This document shows, in pieces, positions 36,570 through 45,748 of a stretch of 64,000 bases of DNA. Made by a program: the position numbers and the translations under genes. Below the pieces are notes generated by a model. The model made no database searches and was not told the DNA's origin. It was given only the letters and a program-made list of their open reading frames with translations. Every line of letters begins with the position of its first letter. The first letter of the stretch is position 1. This DNA is from a virus (Duplodnaviria > Heunggongvirae > Uroviricota > Caudoviricetes), in the IMG/VR virus record IMGVR_UViG_3300046519_000060, positions 1 through 64,000 of that record; one strand, written 5' to 3'.

Positions 36570-37847
36570 ATGTCCCTGAACTTTTGGCAGATGCGACATC
36601 AACTGGATGCACTGAAACTCGTCACCGAAGAACTGACTTCGGTCGAGAAGGGTACGCATCTGGAAGTAACGCCGTCGCACATGAAGAAGCCGCTGCATAG
36701 CGGTACGGCAATCGAACATCGTGACAATCCTTCGCACTACGGCGCAGATGGTCACGCGGCCCTCGATACACACGTCAAGTCGGTACTGGCTGATCCTTCG
36801 AAGAACAGTGTTCACAAGTCCGCTGACAGCTACATGAAGGAACATCTGGGTCATGGCTATGAATTCCATGACGACAAGCCCAAGTCAAACCTTCGCAAGC
36901 AATATGTGATTGGCAAGACTTACGATCTGGCGACCCGCAACGATCCCGAGTACAAGCGTCGTGTCTTTGATGGCTATGCGAAGAATCGCCCGGACATCGT
37001 TAAGCAGACCCGTTCGCATGACTACGATTCGCTGGTTCAGGGTTCGTATAAACGTGTTGCGCATGAGACGAACAAACAGTTCGAACACATGCCGGTGCGC
37101 ACGCAGTATCACGATGGATCGATGGGGTATCACAATAGCGGCGAAATGCTGCGTGACATCCACGGCCACAACAACCTGACGGTGTATCGCGGCGGCGACC
37201 GTCACGAATACCTGCACCACACTGACAAGACTGGCCTGAATGAGAACGAAAAGTTCCGCGCTGTTCACGACTATTACGGTCATGGCATCCACGGCAACCA
37301 GTTTGGTCCGAAGGGTGAAGAAGTGGCGTGGCACTCGCATCGCAAGATGTTCTCGCATGGCGCGGCAGTTGCTATGACATCGGAAACACGCGGTCAGAAT
37401 AGCTACGTGAACTACACGCACGCAAATCTTGCCACGCAGAAGGAAATGGAAGGTCATCGCAAGGACAAGCGTACTGCACTCAACGCTGGTGACTTCGAAG
37501 GCGCGAATCATGCTGATGCGAAGCTGCGTGAAGCTGGCGGTCGTTGGAATTATGCGAAGCAAGCATCGGTTGCACTCCCGCATGAAATGCTACACCCGCA
37601 CTTCGATGGTCATGCGCCGAACTCGATTGCGCACATGTTGCATGATCCGGCTGCTGCTGAGAACCCGACCTATGATGTCCACAAGGACCATCTGGGACTG
37701 GTCGATCTAGCCCGCCATCACAACACGTCATCGCACACGCATCAGAACGGCGGCGTACTGGACCGTGAGAACGCCCATAGCGACTTGAAGCACATCGCGG
37801 GTATCCACGGATATACAAAGTTGAGCCATAATCCGTTCAAGGGTTGA
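36570..37847 (+). CDS. His-rich hypothetical protein (paralog family)
   Basis: 425 aa; GDRHEYLHHTDKTG and AHMLHDP motifs shared with 29955 and 10649 products. Confidence 0.5.
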   Translation: MSLNFWQMRHQLDALKLVTEELTSVEKGTHLEVTPSHMKKPLHSGTAIEHRDNPSHYGADGHAALDTHVKSVLADPSKNSVHKSADSYMKEHLGHGYEFHDDKPKSNLRKQYVIGKTYDLATRNDPEYKRRVFDGYAKNRPDIVKQTRSHDYDSLVQGSYKRVAHETNKQFEHMPVRTQYHDGSMGYHNSGEMLRDIHGHNNLTVYRGGDRHEYLHHTDKTGLNENEKFRAVHDYYGHGIHGNQFGPKGEEVAWHSHRKMFSHGAAVAMTSETRGQNSYVNYTHANLATQKEMEGHRKDKRTALNAGDFEGANHADAKLREAGGRWNYAKQASVALPHEMLHPHFDGHAPNSIAHMLHDPAAAENPTYDVHKDHLGLVDLARHHNTSSHTHQNGGVLDRENAHSDLKHIAGIHGYTKLSHNPFKG

Positions 37848-37920
37848 CGGTAGCGGGGAAATGTGATAAAAGGGTTCTTATCTCAACCACATTTCCCATA
37901 CATGTCACAAAGGATACCAA

Positions 37921-38097
37921 ATGACAAATTCATTCAACGTAACACCCAAGGCCCGTAAGGTCTTGGAAGAAGTCCTCGAAGAACTGGACAAGTCGGACGA
38001 ACCGACAGAATCGCATCTTCCACATGAAGTGACCAAGCTGGACAAAGCTGCGCTGTTGGCAGTAATCTACAGACTTGTTGCAAAGGTTCGCGACTAG
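37921..38097 (+). CDS. small hypothetical protein (58 aa, below track cutoff)
   Basis: RBS aaaggataccaaATG; followed by terminator. Confidence 0.35.
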   Translation: MTNSFNVTPKARKVLEEVLEELDKSDEPTESHLPHEVTKLDKAALLAVIYRLVAKVRD

Positions 38098-38130
38098 TGT
38101 TATAATCCCACACTTGTCGATCCGCAAAAA

Positions 38131-38160
38131 GGCTCGCTTCGGCGGGCCTTTGCTTTTTCT
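38131..38160 (+). terminator. rho-independent terminator
   Basis: ggctcgcttcggcgggcc then tttgctttttct. Confidence 0.7.
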
Positions 38161-38218
38161 GAACTTGTTTCAAGAAGTAAGATAAAGAAACAAGAAGAAC
38201 TATAAGGGTAGATACAAA

Positions 38219-38713
38219 ATGAAAAGAAGAACTCTCATAGCGGTTCTACTGGCCGTGCTGTGCATCAATACAGCGACGCCCATAGAACATCCCCCGACCC
38301 CGCTAGGGTCCAACGTCCAGAAGGACATCAACTGTCTCGCAGAGAACGTCTACTACGAGGCGCGCGGCGAACCGGACGCAGGTAAGAAGGCTGTTGCCGA
38401 AGTGACGATCAACCGTGTTCAAGCACCCGGATTCCCAGATAGTGTCTGTGGTGTGGTGAAGCAGAAGGCTGTACAAGGTTGTCAATTCTCATGGGTCTGT
38501 CAGCGTCATCGACCCGTCATCGACCACAATTCCCAAAGTTGGGTCGAATCTAAGAATATTGCCACAGATGTATTGCTCTTTGACGACCAACCCGGTATAA
38601 TGCGTAAACAGTCGGCACTCTACTATCACGCCGATCACGTCAGACCTAGTTGGGCGCGACACATGAAGTTCATCAAACGCATTGGTGGACACCTTTTCTA
38701 TACAACGAAGTAA
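38219..38713 (+). CDS. SleB-like cell wall hydrolase with signal peptide
   Basis: CLAENVYYEARGEPDAGKKAVAEVTINRV matches SleB/cell-wall-hydrolase family core; N-terminal signal. Confidence 0.7.
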   Translation: MKRRTLIAVLLAVLCINTATPIEHPPTPLGSNVQKDINCLAENVYYEARGEPDAGKKAVAEVTINRVQAPGFPDSVCGVVKQKAVQGCQFSWVCQRHRPVIDHNSQSWVESKNIATDVLLFDDQPGIMRKQSALYYHADHVRPSWARHMKFIKRIGGHLFYTTK

Positions 38714-38718
38714 AGTAC

Positions 38719-38991
38719 ATGCAAGCTGAATCGCAAGAAGTAACCGTCACCGACCAATTCCTGATTACCAAGGAATTCGCTTCCGCCGAAGCGTTCTCCA
38801 TGTACATCGAAGATCGTGCCATCAAAGAAGGTGAAAGCCTGATCGACACCATCATTGCGTATTGCGAAGAACGTGACATCGACCCCGAAGTGACTGCACG
38901 ACTGGTCACGAAATCCCTCAAAGAGAAGCTTGCCGTCGAATTCGAAGATCGCAACATGCTTCGCTCTGAACACGGCACTCTGGACTTCTAA
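38719..38991 (+). CDS. 33: possible late transcription co-activator gp33-like
   Basis: acidic 90 aa, C-terminal TLDF like T4 gp33 C-terminus; sits in 33-59-32 order as in T4. Confidence 0.4.
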   Translation: MQAESQEVTVTDQFLITKEFASAEAFSMYIEDRAIKEGESLIDTIIAYCEERDIDPEVTARLVTKSLKEKLAVEFEDRNMLRSEHGTLDF

Positions 38992-39164
38992 TGAGTCTTA
39001 TCGTCACCATTATCGCTGCGATCTTCGTATCATTTCAGACCGCCTATTACATCGACCACGCGCATTACGGACAAGCTGCAATCTCCGTCATCATCCCGTT
39101 TGTCATGTACCTCGGCTGGATCATGGATTGCCTGAACGACATCCGCAAGAACACTAAATGCTGA
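38991..39164 (+). CDS. small membrane protein (57 aa)
   Basis: TAATG overlap; two hydrophobic helices. Confidence 0.35.
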   Translation: MSLIVTIIAAIFVSFQTAYYIDHAHYGQAAISVIIPFVMYLGWIMDCLNDIRKNTKC

Positions 39165-39670
39165 CCTTCGCACAATTTTTACTAGAAGCCGAAGGTAAGG
39201 GCGGGCAGTATGCCGCCTACCGATTCCTGTCAACGAAGGGTATCCAGAAGTACATTGACCGGAATCAGATACCGAACCCGATCCCAACTGAGAAGCTTCA
39301 CGTCACCTTGCTGTACTCGCGAAAGCCGATGCCCGGATACAAGCCTCTGGGACTGATTGCTGAACCGATCAAGGTGATGGTTGAAGGGTTTGATGTCTGG
39401 GATACCCAAGACGGAAAGAAGGCGCTTGTAGCCCGTCTGGACGCTCCCAAAGTTGTTGCCCGACACCACGAACTTATGAAGAAGTATGGCGGCACGTTCG
39501 ATTACGACGAGTACCGCCCGCACTTCACCATGTCTTACGATGTTGGCCCTGACTTTGACAAAGATCGTCTCCCGCCTTTCCAACATGACCTGTATCTCAA
39601 TCGTGAGTACGGCGAAGAACTCAACACAAACTGGAAAGACAATGACAAAGCTGATCGATCATCTGAATGA
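39158..39670 (+). CDS. 2H phosphoesterase superfamily protein (LigT/Acb1-like)
   Basis: two H-x-T/S-x motifs HVTLLY and HFTMSY about 70 aa apart, 170 aa. Confidence 0.55.
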   Translation: MLTFAQFLLEAEGKGGQYAAYRFLSTKGIQKYIDRNQIPNPIPTEKLHVTLLYSRKPMPGYKPLGLIAEPIKVMVEGFDVWDTQDGKKALVARLDAPKVVARHHELMKKYGGTFDYDEYRPHFTMSYDVGPDFDKDRLPPFQHDLYLNREYGEELNTNWKDNDKADRSSE

Positions 39671-40019
39671 ACTGAAAGCCACTGCCGACGACCGTGCAAA
39701 GGCAAAGGCGGAACAAGAGCGTCGTGACCGCGAAGAAGCGGAACGTTCCGAAATCCGTCTCGGCAAGGAAGAAGCTGAACGTGTGATTCCGTCATTCGAA
39801 CAGCGCATCCTCACGCGTGCCGAAGACAACGAAACCGCCTTGGAAGTACCGGTTCAATCGTCCAGTCAGACGAAGGCGCTGACCCTGTGGGAAGCTGCAT
39901 ACACCACGACCATCACGCAATACTTCGAAGATCAAGGGCTGCGTGTTGAACAGGTGCAGACCGCTTCGCGTGTTGCTGGACCGAAGCGTTACAACACGAT
40001 CCTTCGCATCACATGGTAA
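39642..40019 (+). CDS. hypothetical charged coiled-coil protein
   Basis: track ORF 39486 trimmed to ATG 39642. Confidence 0.4.
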   Translation: MTKLIDHLNELKATADDRAKAKAEQERRDREEAERSEIRLGKEEAERVIPSFEQRILTRAEDNETALEVPVQSSSQTKALTLWEAAYTTTITQYFEDQGLRVEQVQTASRVAGPKRYNTILRITW

Positions 40020-40282
40020 TCGACGTTGCAACCGGCAAGACGTTTGATGTCTATGTCGGGCGTGGATCGAAGTGGGGTAATCCGTTCATCATCGGACGGG
40101 ACGGTACGCGGGATGAAGTCATCGAGAAGTACGAGCGATGGATCGTCACGCAACCCCAATTCGCAGACCTACATGAACTGTATGGCAAGGTTCTTGGCTG
40201 TCATTGTCATCCCCGGCGATGTCATGGCGAAGTCCTCGAACGTCTTGCCATCGAGCAACACATTCCACCTTTCTTTGATTGA
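40013..40282 (+). CDS. hypothetical protein (DUF4326-like)
   Basis: VYVGRGSKWGNPF motif. Confidence 0.4.
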   Translation: MVIDVATGKTFDVYVGRGSKWGNPFIIGRDGTRDEVIEKYERWIVTQPQFADLHELYGKVLGCHCHPRRCHGEVLERLAIEQHIPPFFD

Positions 40283-40878
40283 GCATGACACCATTCGGCG
40301 CATACCGCTGCTATCTAGCGTTCAAGAGTCACTTCACCACGGACAGCTATGACATCGTGAAGTATCGTGGCCGGGTGAGTGCCAAGCTGGAAACCTTCGA
40401 GAAACGTAAGGACCGCTATCGGTTCGAGAAGTTGGCAAAGAACAAGTCTGACAAGGAAATCGTTGAGACATTCGTTGCCAACTTCACAAGCAAGCCCGAC
40501 TACTCTGGCCTGTACGACGACCAGACGGATACTCGCTACCAGAAGTGGTTGGGGTATCAACAAGCACTGTCGTACAACTTTGGGAATGAAATAAAAAACG
40601 TGTTTGAAGATGTGAAAAAGTCAGGTTTGTGTTATAATGACGTTTTCTTCGGAACTGGACAACATCCACCGGTTCTCACCGCATACCTCGGCAAGCAAAT
40701 CTCCGTGGACACATTCGCGATTCTCGACCGTCTAAATAGTTTTACAGAACAGATGGGCGATGACATCGTGACGCGAGACATCCTTCGAGTGGCACGCAAG
40801 TATGACCCATTCCTCAAAGTCGATATGGATGTCTATGGGAACATCACCGAAAGAGTTAGAGAACAAGTGTTCGGATGA
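40279..40878 (+). CDS. 59: helicase loader gp59-like
   Basis: YDIVKYRGRVSAKLETFEKRKDRYRFEKLAKNKSDKEIVETF parallels T4 gp59 YDVIKYNWCMRVSDAAYQKRRDKYFFQKLSEKYKLKELALIF. Confidence 0.7.
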   Translation: MSMTPFGAYRCYLAFKSHFTTDSYDIVKYRGRVSAKLETFEKRKDRYRFEKLAKNKSDKEIVETFVANFTSKPDYSGLYDDQTDTRYQKWLGYQQALSYNFGNEIKNVFEDVKKSGLCYNDVFFGTGQHPPVLTAYLGKQISVDTFAILDRLNSFTEQMGDDIVTRDILRVARKYDPFLKVDMDVYGNITERVREQVFG

Positions 40879-41026
40879 CGAAAGAATCCGCGCGTTGGAA
40901 GAAACCATCGCATACATGCAGCGCGATCATGCGCTGTTGGTCAAGAAGTTGGAAGCTGTGATGACTGATACCGCGAGAACCAAGCGGCGTATCGAATCGT
41001 GGCCGTTTGTCAAGGTAGCAGTGTGA
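40802..41026 (+). CDS. hypothetical protein (start uncertain)
   Basis: track ORF overlapping gp59 3' end. Confidence 0.25.
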   Translation: MTHSSKSIWMSMGTSPKELENKCSDDERIRALEETIAYMQRDHALLVKKLEAVMTDTARTKRRIESWPFVKVAV

Positions 41027-41030
41027 AGTA

Positions 41031-41201
41031 ATGGGTAAGTCAAGGCATTTCCGTCCAGAAGAACGTTCGATCCATCGAGCAAAACCGTCACCAGATAGGG
41101 CGACTAAATATAAGCACAGCATCTACAACGTCGAAGAAGACGAAGTAGAGATACTAGATGACTGGACGGATGAAGATTGGGATGACTGGAAGAACCAGTA
41201 G
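41031..41201 (+). CDS. small acidic protein (56 aa)
   Basis: ATG 41031; C-terminal DDWTDEDWDDWKNQ. Confidence 0.3.
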   Translation: MGKSRHFRPEERSIHRAKPSPDRATKYKHSIYNVEEDEVEILDDWTDEDWDDWKNQ

Positions 41202-41291
41202 TCCTTAACAATGAGCGTTATCTACATGAGGCAAACATGCAAAACACAATCGAAAACAATCGAACTAATCTCGAAATAGGTAGAAATAAAA

Positions 41292-42290
41292 ATGGCAAAA
41301 TCATTCTCGGAACTCCGCAAGCAACGTGGCGACATCGCTGACCTCACCAAGAAGATCGAAGCACAATCTGGTGGTGGCGGCAAGAAAGAAGATGATCGCT
41401 TCTGGTCCTGTCAAACTGACAAGGCTGGCAATGGTTCCGCTGTGATTCGTTTCCTTCCGGCCCCGGCTGGTGAGGAAGATTCGTGGGTGAAGCTGTATAC
41501 CCACGGCTTCAAGGGTCCGACCGGCAAGTGGTACATCGAAAATTCGCGTACTACGCTTGGTAAGGAAGAAAAAGACCCCGTTACCGAACTGAACAACGAA
41601 CTGTGGGCGTCGAAGATCAAGGCCAATGAAGATATTGCTCGCGCACAAAAACGCAAGCTTGGCTACTACTCGAACGTGTACATTATCTCGGACCCGGCAA
41701 ACCCGGAAAACGAAGGTAAGGTCAAAATCTGGCGCTACGGCAAGAAGATTTTCGACAAGATTCAGGCGATGCTCAAACCTGAATTCGAAGAAGATGAAGC
41801 AGTCAATCCGTTCTGCCTGTGGACCGGCGCGAACTTCCGCTTGAAGATCGCCAAGGTTGAAGGTTACGCGAACTTCGATAAGTCGTCGTTTGCAACCCCG
41901 GCACCGCTGAAAGAAGATGATGACGAACTGGAAAAGATTTGGTCGCAAGCCCATTCGTTGAAGGCCATCATTGACCCCTCGCAATTTAAGAGTTACGAGG
42001 AACTTGAAAAGCGTCTGAACTTCGTTCTGGCAACTGGTACTAAGCCGCGCAGTGCTGAGAAGTCGGAAATCAGCGACGAAGATCAAGACTTCATCCGTTC
42101 ACAAGCAGCGAAGAAAGAAGCAAAGAAGCAAGAAGAAGAACTTGAAGATTTGCCGCCGTTCGATGTCGATGAAGCACCGGCCAAGCCTGTCTCCGCTGCG
42201 AAGGCTGCGGCAGCAAAGGCAACCGCCAAGCAAGTCGATGAAGATGAAGACGACGATTTGGCGTATTTTAAGAAGCTTGCAGAAGGCTAA
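41292..42290 (+). CDS. 32: single-stranded DNA-binding protein gp32
   Basis: DKAGNGSAVIRFLPAP parallels T4 gp32 DNAGNGQAVIRFLPSK; acidic C-terminal tail. Confidence 0.9.
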   Translation: MAKSFSELRKQRGDIADLTKKIEAQSGGGGKKEDDRFWSCQTDKAGNGSAVIRFLPAPAGEEDSWVKLYTHGFKGPTGKWYIENSRTTLGKEEKDPVTELNNELWASKIKANEDIARAQKRKLGYYSNVYIISDPANPENEGKVKIWRYGKKIFDKIQAMLKPEFEEDEAVNPFCLWTGANFRLKIAKVEGYANFDKSSFATPAPLKEDDDELEKIWSQAHSLKAIIDPSQFKSYEELEKRLNFVLATGTKPRSAEKSEISDEDQDFIRSQAAKKEAKKQEEELEDLPPFDVDEAPAKPVSAAKAAAAKATAKQVDEDEDDDLAYFKKLAEG

Positions 42291-42304
42291 TCCACAAGCA
42301 AAAG

Positions 42305-42335
42305 AAAAGCCCGCGAAAGCGGGCTTTTTTGTTTT
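42305..42335. terminator. bidirectional rho-independent terminator
   Basis: aaaagcccgcgaaagcgggctttttt between convergent genes. Confidence 0.8.
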
Positions 42336-44505
42336 ACAGCACGAATGCACCAAGCATTGCGCGGTCGAAGTATGACTCGCGAGTACGCGGCGAAGCTGTA
42401 CTCGGCATCACCTTCAAATCACCGCCACTTCCACCGCCTTGAACGTTGGTCGTCGGAGCATGGACGATTACAGGCGCTTTGGCTTCCTGCTTGGTCACTT
42501 CCTTGTGTTCGGCAGACGCTTTCGCAACCTGCTTGCCACTATCGTTCTTATCGTTCGCGGCCCACAATCCACCAAGCTTCCGACCGGCCCAATCACCAAG
42601 TTCGCTACCGCCGAACGCACCGGCTGCACCGCCGATCAAACCGCCCGCCACAGTGCCAACACCCGGCATGATGAACGAACCGATTGCTGCACCCGCTGCG
42701 GCCCCGGCTTCTGCACCGGCCCATCCACCCGCTACCGCGCCAGTTCCACCGCCTACAGCTTTCGCCTTGGCTTCCTTGGCCTGTTGTGCCGTCAGCTTGC
42801 CCGACTTCTGCAACTTGTCGGCGTCCGAATACTCGTTATAAGCGTCATAGGCCGTGATTGCGGTCCCGGCAATACCCAACACCTTACCGGCGTGTCCCAA
42901 GCCCTTAGAAACCTTGCCAAGCGCCTTTCCTGCACCCTTAGCTTCGCCTTCCAGACCTTCGGCAGCTTTGGCCGCTGCTTTGCCTTCGTTCGTACCCTTC
43001 AACTTCTCGGCTTCGCCCGATACTTTCTCTTTGGCCTTGACCTTTTCCTTCTCGCTGACCTTTTCTTTTTCGGCCTTACCCTTTCCGCCGCCAAGCAGTG
43101 CAGGAAGCAGACTCGCTACATCGGGCAAACCAAGACCGCCATCGTCGCCCTTACCATCATCTGCGGGTTTGAGTGCAGATTCATCATTGCGCACGCCCAC
43201 ATCGTTGTCTTTGTAGGTGTCCTTGAATGAATCGATCAGTGTCGCATGGTTGCCGATGACTGATGTGACCGGCATCGCTGCAACTGCACCCGATACGGCT
43301 GACGCCATCGGAGACATGTTTGTACGAAGCGGGGTCATGGGGTTGCCCTTGACCTTGATTGGTTCGATGTCCTTATAAGCAACGTCAGTGACATCCTGAA
43401 CCGGACGACTCTTTACCTTGACCTTACCTTCTGGCGCTGTCGGAACCTTCGGTACAGGCAGATAGTCACCATCCTGTTGCGTGAGAAGCGGAACTGCGGA
43501 ACCAGACGGGCCACGCTGCGTCGGCGCTTCGATCAATGACGCTGCTGCACCAGACGGCGGCGGAAGCTGCGGCTTGACTTCGAATGTTGCACTGACGCCA
43601 GACGGCGGCGGAAGTTCCGGTGTCCCGACTGGTACTGCGCTGCGACCCTTATCGTTCGGCGGCAATGTCGGCGCAACATAGAACGGCGGTTTCTTCTCGC
43701 CTTCGGCACCGCTATGGTCACGCTCAACCATCTTGACGATCAACTTCTCGACATGAAGGTTCTCGATTTTCGACGGGAATGCGCCGCCGCCAGTTCCACC
43801 CTTGCCAGACATCGCCATCACGATCTTGGACACAAGCTTTGAATCGTGGTCCTCATGTTCGCCTTGCTGACCTTCGCCCATGATGTCGTCACTCAGACGC
43901 TTCTTGACGGCTTCGGCTTGACCAAGGTTCTGCATTTCCTGCAACGGCGTGACCATGCCCTTGTGATTCACCTTGTCCATACCGGCAATGCGGCGGAACA
44001 GGGGACTCTCACGGTCCTTATCCGACATCTTGAAGAAGTTGGTCAGACGATGATCGATTTCGGCGCTGACGACGCCCTGACGCTTCCGGTTCGACGGGTC
44101 GGTGTGTTGCATACCGATGGCCGCAATCTTCTCGATCTGGGCCTTCGCTTCTGCACTACCTTCGACTTCATTGATGCGGGCAACGGCAGCTTGAAACTCC
44201 TTATGTGAACGGTCGAAGTCGTACTTGCCATCCTTGCGCAGCTTCATGAATTCTTCGATGACCTCACGGAACACTTCCTTCTGTTCCTCGGATGCCGTCT
44301 TCATGTACTGGCGCTGATCCTTCAATTCAGATGTGAACTGGCGATACGCTTCATCTACACGCTTGGTGTTACCTGACTCGTTTCCCTTGTTTGCAGATAC
44401 CTGATTGCGACGCAAAATGTCGCCAACACCGACAACTTCACTGATGAACTTGTCGTTAGCCATGCGCTGGAATTCTTGTGTCTGCTTCGATTTGGTCGCT
44501 TGCAT
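42334..44505 (-). CDS. large virion-type protein with Pro-rich linker and C-terminal glycine-zipper region
   Basis: 723 aa; GGGTGAVAGGWAGAEAGAAAGAAIGSFIMPGVGTVAGGLIGGAAGAFGG glycine zipper; PPPSG repeats. Confidence 0.55.
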   Translation of the reverse strand: MQATKSKQTQEFQRMANDKFISEVVGVGDILRRNQVSANKGNESGNTKRVDEAYRQFTSELKDQRQYMKTASEEQKEVFREVIEEFMKLRKDGKYDFDRSHKEFQAAVARINEVEGSAEAKAQIEKIAAIGMQHTDPSNRKRQGVVSAEIDHRLTNFFKMSDKDRESPLFRRIAGMDKVNHKGMVTPLQEMQNLGQAEAVKKRLSDDIMGEGQQGEHEDHDSKLVSKIVMAMSGKGGTGGGAFPSKIENLHVEKLIVKMVERDHSGAEGEKKPPFYVAPTLPPNDKGRSAVPVGTPELPPPSGVSATFEVKPQLPPPSGAAASLIEAPTQRGPSGSAVPLLTQQDGDYLPVPKVPTAPEGKVKVKSRPVQDVTDVAYKDIEPIKVKGNPMTPLRTNMSPMASAVSGAVAAMPVTSVIGNHATLIDSFKDTYKDNDVGVRNDESALKPADDGKGDDGGLGLPDVASLLPALLGGGKGKAEKEKVSEKEKVKAKEKVSGEAEKLKGTNEGKAAAKAAEGLEGEAKGAGKALGKVSKGLGHAGKVLGIAGTAITAYDAYNEYSDADKLQKSGKLTAQQAKEAKAKAVGGGTGAVAGGWAGAEAGAAAGAAIGSFIMPGVGTVAGGLIGGAAGAFGGSELGDWAGRKLGGLWAANDKNDSGKQVAKASAEHKEVTKQEAKAPVIVHAPTTNVQGGGSGGDLKVMPSTASPRTRESYFDRAMLGAFVL

Positions 44506-44508
44506 GTG

Positions 44509-44700
44509 TTAGTTCCTTGCTTGGTGGGCGCGAAGTTGCGCCATTTCGGTTTCATGCCTGATGTGTTGCACAAGCATACCGACATAGATTTCGCGCTCCC
44601 ACGGAATCATGCTATCCAACTCCGTCAACGAGTACTCATGGAACTGCATCAGACTAAAGTTCAATGTGTAGTAGTTGGATAGCGTGTCATGTGAGAGCAT
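44509..44700 (-). CDS. hypothetical small protein
   Basis: TGATG coupling with upstream gene at 44700. Confidence 0.4.
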   Translation of the reverse strand: MLSHDTLSNYYTLNFSLMQFHEYSLTELDSMIPWEREIYVGMLVQHIRHETEMAQLRAHQARN

Positions 44701-45398
44701 CAACCGAAAAAAGCTTCGATTCCTTCCAGTGTGTATCGCGAGTCTTTCTCGCAGTGCGGGCATGGATCGGTGAAGCTGTGTTTGAGAATCGGCATCGTGC
44801 GGAAGAAGTCCTCGATCTTAGCGAACTGTTCCGGCGTCAGCGATTCAACGAACGCAGCTACTTCTTCGGGTGTCTCGTCCTTCGTGTGATGTACTTCCGT
44901 CTCAGTGAACACCGAACTGATGCACTGGCAAATTGTTTGGTACACCGTATCAACTGAGTAGTTCTTGTTGAGATATGCCAGTTGTTCGGTCGTCGGGTAG
45001 GCCATTTCGATACCAAGGCTATCCGTCAGGATGATCTTCTTGCTATGACCCTTGTCCTTCTGGACCTCGACATCCGCGATCTTCAACGTGTATTCGTGAG
45101 GCTGCTGGCAGTGCTGGCATGTGAGAATCAACGGGACCGTTTCACCGGCTGACTTCGAACGAATCTGTAGGAACAGGAATTCAAGATCGAAGTTCGGCAT
45201 GTTCTCGACATCAAGCTTCTCATACGTACAGGTATGGACGGTATCCTTGACGGCCAGAAGAATGTTTTCGTCCCCGCCTTCGATTGCCATAAGCAGGTTC
45301 TTTTGTTCACCAACCAACCACGGACGGTACTTGACCGCCTTACCGGTTGACGGCAGCTTTGTTTGGAATGTTGGGGTAGGGTTGCGTGGGAGTGACAT
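44700..45398 (-). CDS. zinc-finger protein with two CxxC pairs, probable structural/assembly protein
   Basis: CQHCQQ and CPHCEK motifs about 110 aa apart; leads late operon. Confidence 0.5.
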   Translation of the reverse strand: MSLPRNPTPTFQTKLPSTGKAVKYRPWLVGEQKNLLMAIEGGDENILLAVKDTVHTCTYEKLDVENMPNFDLEFLFLQIRSKSAGETVPLILTCQHCQQPHEYTLKIADVEVQKDKGHSKKIILTDSLGIEMAYPTTEQLAYLNKNYSVDTVYQTICQCISSVFTETEVHHTKDETPEEVAAFVESLTPEQFAKIEDFFRTMPILKHSFTDPCPHCEKDSRYTLEGIEAFFG

Positions 45399-45427
45399 GA
45401 GCTTCGCAAATAGAGATTGTGGTTCAT

Positions 45428-45435
45428 CTATTTAG
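45428..45435 (-). promoter_or_regulatory. late-promoter-like motif CTAAATAG (minus strand)
   Basis: 30 nt upstream of minus ATG 45398. Confidence 0.3.
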
Positions 45436-45438
45436 CCC

Positions 45439-45466
45439 TTGACATGAATTCCCAAACCTGTATAAT
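45439..45466 (+). promoter_or_regulatory. sigma70-like promoter with conserved spacer
   Basis: ttgacatgaattcccaaacctgtataat. Confidence 0.6.
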
Positions 45467-45494
45467 CCTTTCCATCGACTACAGGAGAGCAAAT

Positions 45495-45728
45495 ATGCGA
45501 GCACGATTCCCGATTGGCCTGACCTTCATCCGTCACATTGGCAAGAAGGTGCATCGCGAAGAAACCATCCTCGACATCCTTACCACGACCAATACTAAGG
45601 GTGAAGTGGTCCGCATCGAATACCTGATCGCCCACGACTTCTTGGGTCAGAAGGTGACGGAAACGGTTGTTGATACGACCATCGCCCGCAATCTGGCACC
45701 GGAAGTTCTCGCGAAGTTTTGCTCGTAA
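45495..45728 (+). CDS. hypothetical protein
   Basis: leader ctacaggagagcaaatATG. Confidence 0.45.
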   Translation: MRARFPIGLTFIRHIGKKVHREETILDILTTTNTKGEVVRIEYLIAHDFLGQKVTETVVDTTIARNLAPEVLAKFCS

Positions 45729-45748
45729 AACAACTACAGGGGACGAAC

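Noticed and set aside
42345-43230. Plus-strand ORFs antisense to the 723-aa gene
   Set aside because: They lie inside a long minus-strand ORF that has operon coupling and a shared terminator. The plus-strand products are low complexity.
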